A DNA stretch of 64,000 nucleotides from Octopus vulgaris (lineage: Eukaryota): assembly GCA_951406725.2 (NCBI GenBank), contig OX597814.1, forward strand, positions 72,044,001 through 72,108,000, written 5' to 3'. Positions within the stretch are counted from its first letter, which is position 1; each line of letters opens with the position of its first letter. The translations under genes and the position numbers were made by a program. The notes under the pieces are model-generated. The model was not told the origin of the DNA, ran no database searches, and saw only the letters and a program-made list of their open reading frames with translations. Shown in pieces: positions 1-12,339 of this stretch.

Positions 1-66
1 TATTAAAATATATACTAAAACAAAATTATAACAAAATAAACAATAAATATTTAATATATCATTTAA

Positions 67-288
67 CCCTTTAGCGTTTAAACCGGCCATATCCGGCCAA
101 AAGTATTTTGCTTGTTTTATGTTCAAACTGGCCATATCTGGTCTCTCACACCAACCCTACAATATCATCTTGAAAATTAACAGCTACTTCACCAAAATCT
201 CATAGCTACAAGATATTGCATGATTAGTTCAAAACAATGTGAATAAAAAAAGCATCAATTTTGGCAGAATAATGTGAACACTAAAGGG
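67..288. mobile_element. piggyBac-type MITE, family 1 copy 1
   Basis: TTAA(63-66)-CCCTTTAGCGTT ... AACACTAAAGGG-TTAA(289-292): TIRs plus TTAA TSD; close second copy at 51764-51985. Confidence 0.9.
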
Positions 289-987
289 TTAAATGCTAAA
301 GTGATTTCTGAATCACCATTGCTGTGTTTTTTGTTTATCTATTTATTTATTCTTCACATATATTATGTTGCAACAATTTTGTATCCTTTTTTGATTATAT
401 TTATGTCTACATAGGCAAGCTTGGAAATATCAGTTATTTTTCATTTAAACTAACTTGTTATTAATTAGGAGCTTTCAGGTTGTTTTTTTTATAATACCTA
501 TGTACTTAGCATGCTTAAAGAAGTGGTCTTTATGTAGCTTCAGTCATATAACATCATAGACTGAAGGATAATTATTAGGAGAGGGAGATAAGATGCATAG
601 GGATCCTTCAACATCATCAAACATTTCTAATTTCAAAAAGAGATATTATTTCATCACTAAATTAGCATTTCAAGTATTTATTTTTCCTATGCATTATACT
701 GAACTATGCAATTTTGATGTGCAGAAATTAAAGCATACCTTTCTAATTTAGCGATATTTTTTTTTATCATCACCATATTTCATTGTTCTCTATAATGTTT
801 AAGATATCTCTCTTATTTTAATATTTTAACATCATTGATTATTTCTTGCTTCCTATCATTCTTATTTATTGTTATATTTCGGAATGGTCATATTGCCAGT
901 TTAGCCAATAAAAACACACGCACTATATATTTGGTGTTATTTTGCTTCAGTGATATTTATTTTTTACATTAATCTTAATCTTATTTC

Positions 988-1032
988 GGCCAAAGTTCTT
1001 TCGTCACACTCCTGTGACCGCATCAGTGGTCC
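988..1032 (-). ncRNA. minimal hammerhead-like motif (variant core) in family A pLTR
   Basis: GGACCA-CUGAUGCG-GUCACA(GGAG)UGUGAC-GAAA-GAAC-UU-UGGCC; stems I and II form, but A9 is replaced by CG. Confidence 0.5.
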
Positions 1033-1350
1033 TTTGTTTTCTTCTCACTTACTTGTGTCTCTCCTTACTAACCGTCAGCCATTTTGTATTTCTATTGTAT
1101 GTCTTCATTTGCGCATGCTTATATCTCTATGCGCGTCTATGTTTATTTAGTGTGTGTGTGGGGGGGATGCCTGTAATATTTGTATCTTCTGGTTATATAC
1201 ATTCTTGTAATTTGTATTTTGTTTTTGTTGTTGTTGCTTTTGTTCTAATTTTGTTCATGTGTTTACATCCACCCATTATTATCATTACATATGCTTGTAT
1301 GTATGTATAACAACAATATTAGTAATAATAATAATAAATCTAATCGAAAA

Positions 1351-1407
<57 letters not shown>

Positions 1408-1537
1408 TATACATATATACACACATATATACACATATACATATATATATATATATACACATATACATATATATAGTTATTCATTTCTATTTCTTTAATT
1501 ATCTGTGTATTTATTATGTTTGCAGGATCCACTATCG

Positions 1538-1926
1538 TCATATGTTGTGGTGTGTGCTATTGCTCCATTCTAGTTTTCTATTCAGGCTAGGTTTATTTTC
1601 TATTATATGTGTAGCTTCTGTAATTTGTCTAATTGTTGCATCTGTTCTATGTGTGGACAATATCTTAATCTCTATGTTATTGATTGATCCCCCGTGTTCT
1701 TGTTCGGCGTGTTGGTACAGAATCGATGAGCTTTTACCTTCCTTGAGTTGTCTCCAATGTTCATTCACCCGCTCTCCAATGCTTCTTGCTGTTTCCCCTA
1801 CGTATGTTACTGTCTTGTTACTGCATCGTCCCTCTATACATCTTATACTATAGACCACATTTCTGGCTTTACAGTTTGTTTGTGGGCTAAACCTACATAC
1901 AGTGCAATAGTTATCCGTACAGAGGG
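1538..1926 (-). pseudogene. PLE C-terminal GIY-YIG endonuclease fragment
   Basis: CxxxxCxxC linker, VVY...YVGET.R.IGER..EH and EATHI...PSLN motifs. Confidence 0.85.
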
Positions 1927-2684
1927 TTCTTATTTATCTTTTTTCTCTAAGAATAATTTTTTATTGTGTTTTTTGCCTCATTTGTCACTTTCATGATGAA
2001 GTACTTTAAAATCCTTTCAAATTACTGTTCTTTTATAGTTTTCTTCTCATTATTTTCTACATTAATTATTTTGTCATTTGTACATGGTGATATTACTTTG
2101 GGTTTGCTTTCAAAGAAATACTTGTGAATTGATTTGTTTCAATTGCTTTTGAAATTACATTGATTTATGATTTCCAACAGTAGTTGTTAAAATTTTAATC
2201 TCCCTATTTATTCATTCATTCATTGCATGCCTGATTATAAACTGCTTTCTATTATTTTGCTTATTTCCAGAGTTGGTTCAAGTTTCCCTACTAAATTACA
2301 AACTTTACATTTAAGAAACCAAAGTAATTTTGAAGAATATTAACTTTTAGAAAAGGATTTAGCCTAACATGTTATGATCCTTACCTAAGCTTCTCTATTT
2401 GTTTTTACTGCATTTTTTTTTTTTTTCTTGTTAAACCTGTGTAATTCATTCTGCTAACTGGAAATGTTTCTTTGAAATTTATACCTTTGTCTTGAATTAA
2501 GATATATAGAGATTTCTGAAGTTTCATAAAAAATGCTTGGTTAGATAGAAGAGGCTAATCTGGATTGTCAATAATTAATACCTAAAATATTAGTGCAACA
2601 ACTTGTTCATTAATGACATGTTGTCAGCTGCTCTTTTTTAAACCAATACATAAATAGCTTATTTAAGTCAACATTTTAAATTTT

Positions 2685-5657
2685 GTTGTGTCTGGGGAGA
2701 GTCATTCTCTTTTAGTGCCTTATTATTTAACACACTCACCGGTAAAATTTCCACTTATTTCTTATTTTTATTTTCTAAAATTTTCGTTGCGTCTTGCTAC
2801 CTTTTCAATAGTCTTGACTCTGTCCGTTATTTACACTGCGTTCCCTTTTGTTTGTTTGTGCGCATGTGTGTGGGTCAGTGTGTGTGTGTGTGTACCTATA
2901 CATGTACGTATGTATGTGTGTGTGTTTGCATGTGTATGTATGTATATATGTGTGTGTATGCATATGTATGTGTGTGCATCTGTATGTAAGTATCCTGCAT
3001 ATTTATCTGCTTGCCTGTCCGTGTTTGTGTATTTTCTATGTATGTGTGTGAGCATGTGTTTGTATATGTATGCACCTCTGTCTCCTTGTGTGTGCATATC
3101 TGTTTGTGTGTGTGTGTTATGTAACTATGTACCATGTTTGTCTGTATGGATGTGCATCTTTATATGTGTGGATCCGTGTCTCCATATGTGTCTGTTCTTG
3201 TAACCTATGTACCTATCCGTCTGCATGTTGATCTGTTTATTTATGCATCTAAATGCTTACATACAGAAATTTTTTTAAGAAATTAATAAAAAATAAAAAA
3301 TATAACAAAAAAAATAATGGTTAAAAAAAAAGCATACACACACTCACACCCACATACATACATACATTTATCTACCTAACAGTCCACTAACTATTCTACT
3401 CTACCTGTGTAAACTGTGGGTATGGAAGTATGGTATTTATTGTGTATATTTCCTATCTAATATTGGGGAAGTTTCATTTATAAGGACGTACTCCCATATT
3501 TGTCTGAGTGTTGGGTCTTTTGGGTGCTTGGATAAGATGCGGATGTCAAGTTGACCCAAGTTACCTCCATGGTGGTCTTTGGCACGTTGGTAGAGTATGG
3601 AGGACTGTTTTCTGTCGTCATATTGTCTTAGATGTTCATTTATCTGTTCCGCAATGCTCCTAGACGTCTCCCCTATGTACATCATGTTCATGTCCTTACA
3701 AGCACCTTCTATGCATCTTATGCTGTAAACTACATTTTGAGTTCTACAGTTAACACCAGGGCTAATTCTACATGCCATGCAGTTATCATTGGTGCATATG
3801 GTATTCTTAAACGGGTATGTCCTACATAGTTGTGATCTGACGGAGTTCCCTGGCTTTTCAACAATTTTAATGTTGAGTTTGATCTCCTTCAGAGCTTTTC
3901 TAAATCTACGGGCTAGTTCTCCATGAGCTTTGGCCTCTACAAACATCACTCCTTGATATTTGTCGGTTTTATACCATGTGTTTGCCCTGTTTGCTTTGTC
4001 ACAAGCTCTTTGTATTCTATTTGTTTCTATATCTAGGGCAGGTACCACTGGTATCATTACGTATAATGTTATCTAATTTCTTTCTAGCCCCCCTGTATAC
4101 ATGAACCCTATCTTTCTGATCATATCCAGAGAACTGCATGCGGTGTATGAAGTTCTGTATATGTTTCTTCATTTCACAGGGTTCGCATAGTGGGGACACA
4201 TTGTTCATTATTCTAACTAGGTCTGCTATTAGTATGTTAATTTTCATGTTGTGTGACAAAGCTGATTTCTAGTGAACAACATATTTTCAAGTTACAGGTT
4301 TCATGTAATAAGAGTGGAGGAGCTGCACTCTATTGTTCATAGTCTCTAACCAAAGTTCAGTGTCAAGTACAGGGAGTCTATGTTAGGGTTCTTAGTGGGG
4401 TAATCTATAGTTACCTTGATACTTTGGTGAATGGAGTTAGCTATTTGCTGGATGCTCTCCATTACATTCTTCTCAGTCTCTACATTACCGTCACTAGAGT
4501 TGGTTCTAACTATTATATTAATGTCATCTACATATCTACTGTAGAGTAGAAGATTTGTGGACTGTTCTGCTAACATTTGTTTAAATTTTCTGTCCCACCA
4601 TGTCGTGAAGAGGCCAGCCACATCTCCAGCTATACCTACACCAATGGCTGCACCTTGAACCTGCATGTATAGTTTTTTATTAAACTTTACTATGTGGTTT
4701 ACTCAAGGTGGTTTTTACGCTGGCCCCTATTGCATATGCAATCATTTTCCTCACCTGATTGTTGTTGGGTGGGTGTGGTCCAGCCACTCCAGCGCTCTGT
4801 GGTGCTGAAGTGATGGTGGGTCGTCTACCTCTCTGTGACCTGGTGGGGCAGAATTTACTAAGGTCATGGTCATCTAAATAGTTACTGTCATAGCATAGTC
4901 TGAGGAGGAGGCCCAGTTCCCTAGTGTTGACCTTACGGAATTCCACTTCACTCTCACAGATTGCTTGAATGCATTTCTCCACAGCAAAATCTATGTCTAT
5001 AGATGGGTAGAGTGAAATTACATCCATACTACCCACTATACAACCTGTGAGGTCGTTGGTGTGGTTGCAAGTACTGATTTTACTGAGGAGATCTTCCATA
5101 CTCATACAGACATCTGGAGACATCTCTATGAGAGGTCGCAATACTTATGAGAGGAAGTAGGACAGTTGCTAGAGATGCTCGCTCTGCAAACTGGTCTGGT
5201 TGGGGGGCCCTGTGACAGGGTTTATGTAAGGTTTGTGGTCTTTGCATAACCCGTATAGTGTAGGAACATCATTGTTGGATGCCTGGAAATTGTGTGCCGT
5301 CCTTTTTGTAGGTTGGAGTATGTTGCACCACATTCCCATGTGTGCATTGAGGAGTTTTTCTACTCTTTCATGTTCTTGTGGTGCAACTTCCCTCATGCTA
5401 CTGATATGTTGTTGCATGGTCTGGACATAGTTCTGTGGGCTATCTACTGATAGTCTGCCAGAGTCAAGTCTATTGAAAAGGTTACAAGATGCAACGAAAA
5501 TTTTAGAAAATAAAAATAAGAAATAAGTGGAAATTTTACCGGTGAGTGTGTTAAATAATAAGGCACTAAAAGAGAATGACTCTCCCCAGACACAACAGAA
5601 TATGCTTCAACACATGAACTCATATAAAGAATCTTGGAAACCAAATCCAAAAACGAA
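2685..5657 (-). mobile_element. Penelope-like retroelement (family B), 5'-truncated RT + GIY-YIG, bounded by inverted pLTRs
   Basis: 12-bp TSD ATTTTAAATTTT (2673-2684, 5658-5669); inverted arms 2685-2822 and 5459-5596 plus a 61-bp tail on the right arm. Confidence 0.92.
3437..5462 (-). pseudogene. frameshifted PLE RT-GIY-YIG polyprotein
   Basis: LYGLCKDHK, RPVC, SMDVISLYPSI (motif A), QVQGAAIG...WWD (B'), YSRYVDD (C), ILIADLVRIMNN (thumb), CTNDNCMAC..VVY..YIGET; split across at least 5 ORF pieces. Confidence 0.92.
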
Positions 5658-5884
5658 ATTTTAAATTTTATTATACTATTAATTTAGTCTGTAGCAATGG
5701 TTCTCAACTGGGTCCCATATAAGATTTGTTGTTAGTTTATGAGTAATAAATTGGTTATACTTCTACAATACACAAAATATTTTAACAATTTTTTTAATAC
5801 AATTCCTAATAATATTTAGGCCAGCCAAAGCTTGGTCAGTGGATTTGGTAAACAGAAACTGAAAGAAATATGTCGCATGCATGC

Positions 5885-7136
5885 ATGAGGGTAAGCTGAA
5901 AAGTTCATAGACTGACCAATATGCTCTCTTGGAATATGACCAAACAAGGCATATTTTTCAACATAGTCCTCATTTCAGTCCACACGCTTCTTCTATTGGT
6001 GTTGCAGTGCTTGGATTCAATTGGTAAAGAATCTTTCATCCTGTTGGTAAAAAAAATAGCATATATGACATTGTCATCACTGCAATACTGGTTCCCAGCC
6101 AAGTATTTTTTCATGATGGGGAACAGTTGATAGTCAGATGAGACCAAATCAGGGTGATCAACTAGTACAACGTCACAGTCACACATAGGAAACTAAGGAC
6201 TTGTGTACTGGAGCATTGCCCTGCTGAAACAAGACCCTTTTTGTCAGTTTTCCTGGGCATTTGGCCTTGATAGCCTTTTGTAATTGCCACAAGTTGCTAT
6301 AGTACTTTCCATTGATAGTGTGGCCACTTAGAATATCCTTGCATCTCAAAACACTGAGACTATCACCTTCCCTGCAGACAAAACAACCTTGATCTTCTTT
6401 GGAGCAGGTGAAGAGGGCTGTTTCCACTGCATGGATTGTCTTTTTGTCTCCAGCTCAAAGTGATGAAACCAACACTCACCTTAGGTTAGGAAATGTTCAA
6501 GGAAACCAGCTGGATCTGCCTCAAACAATGTCAGATTTTTCCATGATGTGATCAGCCTAGTGTGCTTTTGGTTAGATATCAGAAGACATGGCAGCCATCA
6601 AGCAGAAACCTTCATCTTGCCAAGTTCATTGTGCAAAATATTCTCAACTCTCTCATAGAATAGGCTAATAGCATTGGCTATTTGATTTATAGTGAATAAC
6701 CTGTCATCAATCCACATATGGTGAACAACATTTTCCTCAGTGGTCGCAATTACAGAATGTCCAGACCTTGGTCATCTTCAAAAGTCTCTCTTCCTTTCCT
6801 AAATTCAGCTGTCTGCTTTTGCACTGCTTATTAAGCTGGAAACCTTCATCGCCTAATGTAGTAACGATGTCAGTATTAATGTCTTTGGGAGAAAGGGGAA
6901 GATAAACTGTTTTTCTGCAGGTACTTGATAACCTTATGATGCTAAATTTTGTTCATTTCCAAGAGAAGTTGCTTTTAGTTACTTTTGAAATCTTCTTTGA
7001 ACAGTCAGATGTCAGTTTACCTGGAAAGAAATAATGCAGTTATTAATAAGAAGAGTTGAAATTAATGCATGCAAGATTTCACAGGTCTAGTGTCACTCCC
7101 TTATAGTCAGCTTATGAACTTTGCAGTCCCTCCGTG
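5885..7136 (-). mobile_element. decayed mariner transposon
   Basis: Degenerate TIRs (GAGGG..CTGAAAAGTTCATAGACTGAC / GTCAGCTTATGAACTTTGCAG..CCTC); VLFQQGNAPVHKS and PDLVSSDY motifs on the minus strand. Confidence 0.85.
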
Positions 7137-7223
7137 CACATGTGTGTGTAATTGAATGTCACCATCATGCAAGCAGTGTCATTCATTTCCAACCATCCAT
7201 ACAAACATGTCCATATATGTATA

Positions 7224-7818
7224 GATTGTTTGAAGGGGTTTACAGATTTTATATATTAAGAAACATTAGAAAAATGTAAATTAGGACTCAAATATCTAGT
7301 AAATTAACTCTTGATAATGCTTTCTGAACAATTTACTTTAGTAATTTTGTTGAGTTGGAATAGTAAATGGCTAGGAAGATATGTGGCTAGTTGTTAGGTT
7401 AATTAGCTACATGTGATCGCTGCTTTGAACATGCTTATATTTATTTAGACATTTATTTTAAGAGAAAGAAGGTAGTCAGGGTTTGAATACAAACTATTTA
7501 GTGCTTTCTTCCCTTTGAAGGATTCATCATGAAATAATGAAATCACTTCATGATGAATCCTTCAAGAGGATGAAAGCACTAAATAAATAATTTTTATCCA
7601 AACCCTGACTACCTTCTTTCTCTTAAAATAAATAAATAAATGTATAAATAAATATATGCATGCTCAAAGCAGTGATTGCATTTAACTAATTAACTTAACA
7701 ACTAGCCACATATCTTCCTAGCCATTTACTATTCCAACTCAACAAAATTATTAAAGTAAATTGTTCAGAAAGCATTATCAAGAGTTAATTTACTAGATTT
7801 ATGAGTCCTAATTTACAT
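7224..7818. repeat. ~545-bp palindrome (7274-7818), probable head-to-head pLTR pair of a third PLE family
   Basis: Arms 7274-7533 and 7547-7818 are imperfect reverse complements; hammerhead-like AUGAUGA-AUCCU(UCAAG)AGGAU-GAAA-GCAC-UA at the centre; possible TSD ATGTATA (7217-7223, 7817-7823). Confidence 0.75.
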
Positions 7819-8329
7819 GTATAATGCACTTGCTCATACACATATCTAGTATTTCCTTCTTCAATTAGTGAAGAGAGTGTTCAATGCTAAGATAGAATTA
7901 ATATATATATATATTTCAAGTTTGTAAATTCAATTTAACTTCCGTCTGAAAGTTACTCTTGGCAAGAAACTCAATGTCTCAATTTCATTTGATTTCTGAA
8001 AATGCAAAAGTATCATTCACACATGTGAACACACACAATCTTAAACGCACACTAACTTGTTGAGTTGTATTTGTTTTAAATAATTGTTTGAGTTTAAGAT
8101 TAGCCACTGATGAGTTAACAGTGTTTGAAGAAATAGAACATAGGGATATCAAGATTTGAACTCTATTCTGATTGTCTACTTTATTTACAACCTCATAGAT
8201 ATATACACATGCTTGTAAGTCCATGTGGAATGACTGTGTTTAGTTGTTCTATAGGTATAATGATTGGCCTGACAATAAAGATATCTCCATAGATTTCTTT
8301 TTATTTTAGAAATATGTAGACTTATCATC

Positions 8330-8600
8330 TTACGCTTGTTTTTCCATATTTGCATATTGGTTGAATGGGCATTCTCCACTACAGTATTTCACAACTTGTT
8401 GTAGTCCTTTGCTATCTCCTTTGTGAATTTCTGCTTTCTGAAATCAACTTACACTATTTCTTCTCATGTCTTTCTTGATACATCACTTTTGCACGTTCTT
8501 TTGATCAGTTTGCATTTCTTCATTAAACTGTCATCCTCAATGTGTGCCACATATCCATACAAGCATTCAGAGACCCACTTATGCCTCTTCCTCATGTCTT
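8330..8600 (-). mobile_element. old RTE LINE 3' fragment
   Basis: Minus strand YGYVAHIEDDSLMKKC...SRKT*EEIV resembles the RTE C-terminus. Confidence 0.6.
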
Positions 8601-8885
8601 CTGTTTCATACCTGCTAATATTTTTATTTTTATTGAATGTACATTAATTTCTCTCTCTCATACACACACACACACACACATGTATATATGACTCTAACTC
8701 AGAATATCTGAGGACATGGTCATTTTCTGCTTATACAAAACTTTAAGTGATGTTTAGCTGAGTCAATCTGTTATTAAAGTTCTACTTTTGTTTCATTTGT
8801 TCACCCACTCATTAATATATTTGGAATAATATTGGTATGAGCCCCAGAAGACCTTAGTTCAAATGAGTACCTAGTACACATTTAA

Positions 8886-9106
8886 CCCTTTCATTACCAA
8901 CCTGGCTGAAACTGGCTCTGACTCTGAGTACAAATGTCTTGTTTCCATAAGTTTTGAATTAAAATCTTCCAATTAAAATCTTAGTCACAATTTATGTTCC
9001 TAATACTAACTGAATGATAACTAAGTTATTTTACAAATTCTATGTTATATTTAAAGTAATTGTAAGAAACACAGAGAATCTCAAAATAAATACGGTAACG
9101 AAAGGG
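8886..9106. mobile_element. piggyBac-type MITE, family 2
   Basis: TTAA-CCCTTTCATTACC ... GGTAACGAAAGGG-TTAA (12/13 TIR match). Confidence 0.88.
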
Positions 9107-9552
9107 TTAAGGTTAATTGGGTATATTTATTAACAATCAACCAAATCAGCCTGTTGGAGAGGTCTATCTTTGCATACCTAGTGAAAATATCCAAATTCAC
9201 ATCATCGAAGGCAAATAACTCTTACATATATTGGGTAAACATGTGTGCATGATCAAATTGCACCATTAATACATATGTAAGTTGAATTGTTGATGTAACC
9301 ATGATGTTTCTGAGATCTGATGAACTATTTTTATTTACATTAATTTGTGAATATATGATTATATTGTGTGATGCTGAGCATATATATTAATGCCAACATA
9401 TACGCTGAATTTCTTGTCTACTAAAGTTAAAACTATACAAAGAAGTTGCAAAATGGCCATAATCCTGTGGAAGTCATGGTTAAATAAATCTCTCGTCACC
9501 TCTCATACCTCCTGATTTTATACTTTTCTATACTCCTCACAAAATAAATCTA

Positions 9553-9865
9553 TTGTGTCTGGGGAGAGTCATTCTCTTTTAGTGCCTTATTATTTAACAC
9601 ACTCACTGGTAAAATTTCCACTTATTTCTTATTTTTATTTTCCTAAAATTTTTGTTGTGTCTTGCAACCTTTTCAAATAGTCAAGACTATTGAAAAGGTT
9701 GCAAGACGCAACAAAAATTTTAGAAAATAAAAGAAATGAGTGGAAATTTTACTGGTGAGTGTGTTAAATAATAAGGCACTAAAAGAGAATTATTCTTCCC
9801 AGACACAACAGAATATGCTTCAACACACGAACTCATATAAAGAATCTTGCAAACCAAAAAACGAA
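9553..9865. mobile_element. solo inverted pLTR pair of PLE family B (palindrome plus tail)
   Basis: Same arms and same right end (..ACGAA) as 2685-5657 but no ORF; 12-bp TSD AAAATAAATCTA (9541-9552, 9866-9877). Confidence 0.92.
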
Positions 9866-10113
9866 AAAATAAATCTAGTTTTCTGGATACTCAGCTACAT
9901 AGAACACTTTATATTAGACTACTTTATAATTGATTACTATGTGGATTGATAGCTGAGTCTGTATGAGGAGCTTACTGTGATGGCTGCATGATCCTTTGAA
10001 ACCATATCTTACACTACTCATTTATATTTATATGTGATTATTATAATAATAATAATAAGGATTATTTCAAAGTAGCATAGCTTTACCTTTAATTCTGTGT
10101 TATATATATACAG

Positions 10114-10187
10114 CTTCAAATAGACCTGCACATGGTTCTACTGCATTGATTAGTGACTGTTGCATTTGCAACCCTGCTGTAATACTG
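10114..10187 (+). CDS. candidate exon of IQCH-like gene
   Basis: tacag acceptor; SNRPAHGSTALISDCCICNPAVIL aligns ungapped to recalled IQCH [23 protein letters not shown]; donor weak and in-frame TAG at 10200. Confidence 0.4.
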
Positions 10188-10464
10188 GTGCAATTTCTTT
10201 AGGGTCTTCACTTCAATATCCTTTGATTTAACTGTTTAAAGTTTTTTGTTTATTTACTCTGTGTTGTATGATATGGAGTTGTTCGTTAATTTAAGACGCG
10301 AACTATCTTCAATTCAAGTTTTAATTGGATAATCACTTATCCAATTCTGTTGTTTAAATGTTTATTACTCATTTATACTGAGCAAAGGTAAATTTCCTCA
10401 CATGCAACCATCTTAAAGCTTGTTCCTGTCTAGAATTTATTATATTACCCGTAGATGTGAAATG

Positions 10465-10650
10465 GGTTGCAATTCTTCTATACAAAGGTCACATTTATTA
10501 GTTCCTAGTCTGTATGGTTTTGCAGTACTAATTAATTCACAATTAATAGTATAGTTTTCATTTTTGTCTTTAATAGACCAGATTAATTTACTTAGACTTG
10601 TTTGGAATCTTTTACCTCCATCGCTACATGAACTTACTACATATATTAGT
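10465..10650 (-). pseudogene. fragment of another PLE GIY-YIG C-terminus
   Basis: TSLSKLIWSIKDKNENYTINCELISTAKPYRLGTNKCDLCIEE. Confidence 0.7.
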
Positions 10651-10659
10651 AAACAAGAA

Positions 10660-11600
10660 AACAAACAGTGGCCCTGTTCGATTTGTAGGAAAGGTGTAGG
10701 CGGGAACTCCATTTGGTGTACCCAGTGTAAACTATGGACATACGGGAGGTGCAGTGGATTAATAGGAAGGTTATCAAAGAAAGTAGCGTTTTTATGTGGA
10801 AGATGGACAGGGTCCATAAAAAAGCTATAGTCTCAGGAAATTGCTTTTCTCAAATGCCCTGGTGGCTCATTAGAGGCAGTAGATAATTTCTACTACTTAG
10901 GGAACCAAATTGATAATGGAATAGGATGGAGGAAATTCAGAGAGCTTTTACCTCTGTTGACTACAAAAGGTTTCTCTCTTTGAGTGAAAGGAAGATTGTG
11001 TGATCCATGTATATGGACAGCAATTCTACATGGTAGCGAGATGTGAACCCTGAATGCAGAAGATACATAAAGGTTAGAGAGGAATGAGGCCAGTGTGCTC
11101 TGCTGGATGAATAATGTAAGTGTACATGTTCTACAGAGTGCTAGTAAATTGAGAATGTAGGCATAAGAGGAATTAGATGTTGCGTGCCAGAGAGAAGACT
11201 GCACTGGTTTGGTCATGTGATATAGTTGGATGTCAACAACTCCATAAAGAAATGCCAATCTCAGAGTAGGTGGGACATACATGAAAGTGGAAGACCCAGG
11301 AAAGCATGGGGCAAAGTACTGACAGACGATCTAAAGATGCTGAAGCTTTCAGGCAAGATGACAAAAGACCAGGATACCTGGTGCCTTACTGTACTCAAGA
11401 AAACCTGTACTCCACAGCAGGAATGTTCAGGCTGGTCTTCCTGGTGAATTGGATTGGCCTGCAAGAGTCCTATACTGGTGCAAAATCACCCAACACACTC
11501 TGTAAAGTGGTTGGCATTAGGAAGGGCATGCCAAATCATACTGGAGCCTGGTACAACTCTCCAGCTTGCCAACATGGACAACAGACATTAAATGATGATG
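10660..11600 (+). mobile_element. degenerate 5'-truncated RTE LINE
   Basis: WPCSICRKGVGGNSIWCTQCKLW..., GRPRKAW, and 3' end ..GACATTAAATGATGATG. Confidence 0.85.
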
Positions 11601-12339
11601 GGGTAGAGATACATAAGTGTGCATGTATATGACTGTGTTGTGATACTCATGTTGGCTTCTGTCTTCCTTACTTTTTAATGTTCTTTCATTCTAGTTTTCT
11701 TATGGATACACAAAAGACATTTTTGTTTCTTTGTGAATAAAGTCAATAATGAAAATTTGTATGGTTACTATTGTAGGCTTGACTGTGTTTTTGGTTCAGT
11801 CCTACAGCACAGCACATTGGGAAAGTATCTTCCTCTGGTCCTGTTAACCAAAGCCTTATGAATGGCCTTGATCAACAAACTGAAGGCTCATTGTATGTGT
11901 GTTTGTATGTTTGTTTACACATGTGATCACTTATATGGAAGATATGTCGGTAGTGTTTTTGTTGTCAATTTGCTTGTCAGCATATTGTCTGGTCTCTTTG
12001 TATCTTCGAAGCCATGTGAAATAAGAGATCCCTTACTTGAGAAGCAGATGAGGGTTGACTGCCTCAGTATCTGAATGTGTGTGTGTGTGTGTGAATATAT
12101 ATTTGTTAATTTGTTTTACATTCATTTTCTTTTTTTGTATGTCTGTTATTTGATATATATATATATATGTTATTTCAATATATATGTGTGTATCTTTGTG
12201 TTGGTTCACCCACTGCTTGATAACCATTGTTAGTTTGTTTATATTTCCATTAGTTAGTGGTTCAGCAATGAAGCTGATGGAATGAAGACTTCAAAAGAAA
12301 AATATTAAAAAATATTGGAGTTCATTTGATGGACTAAAC

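Larger units (their letters stand above)
870..1926 (-). mobile_element. 5'-truncated Penelope-like retroelement (family A): GIY-YIG end, microsatellite-rich 3' region and pLTR
   Basis: 11-bp TSD TTCTTATTTAT at 859-869 and 1927-1937; minus-strand CTDNYCTVC..C..NVVYSIRC...YVGETARSIGERVNEH...E..PSLN. Confidence 0.85.

Noticed and set aside
3437-5462. Selenoprotein (Naiad-type) PLE
   Set aside because: Endonuclease is C-terminal, and the conserved Cys positions I checked are TGC/TGT, not TGA
8100-8150. CTGATGA...GAAA on the + strand
   Set aside because: Stem I does not pair and stem II is poor; likely chance
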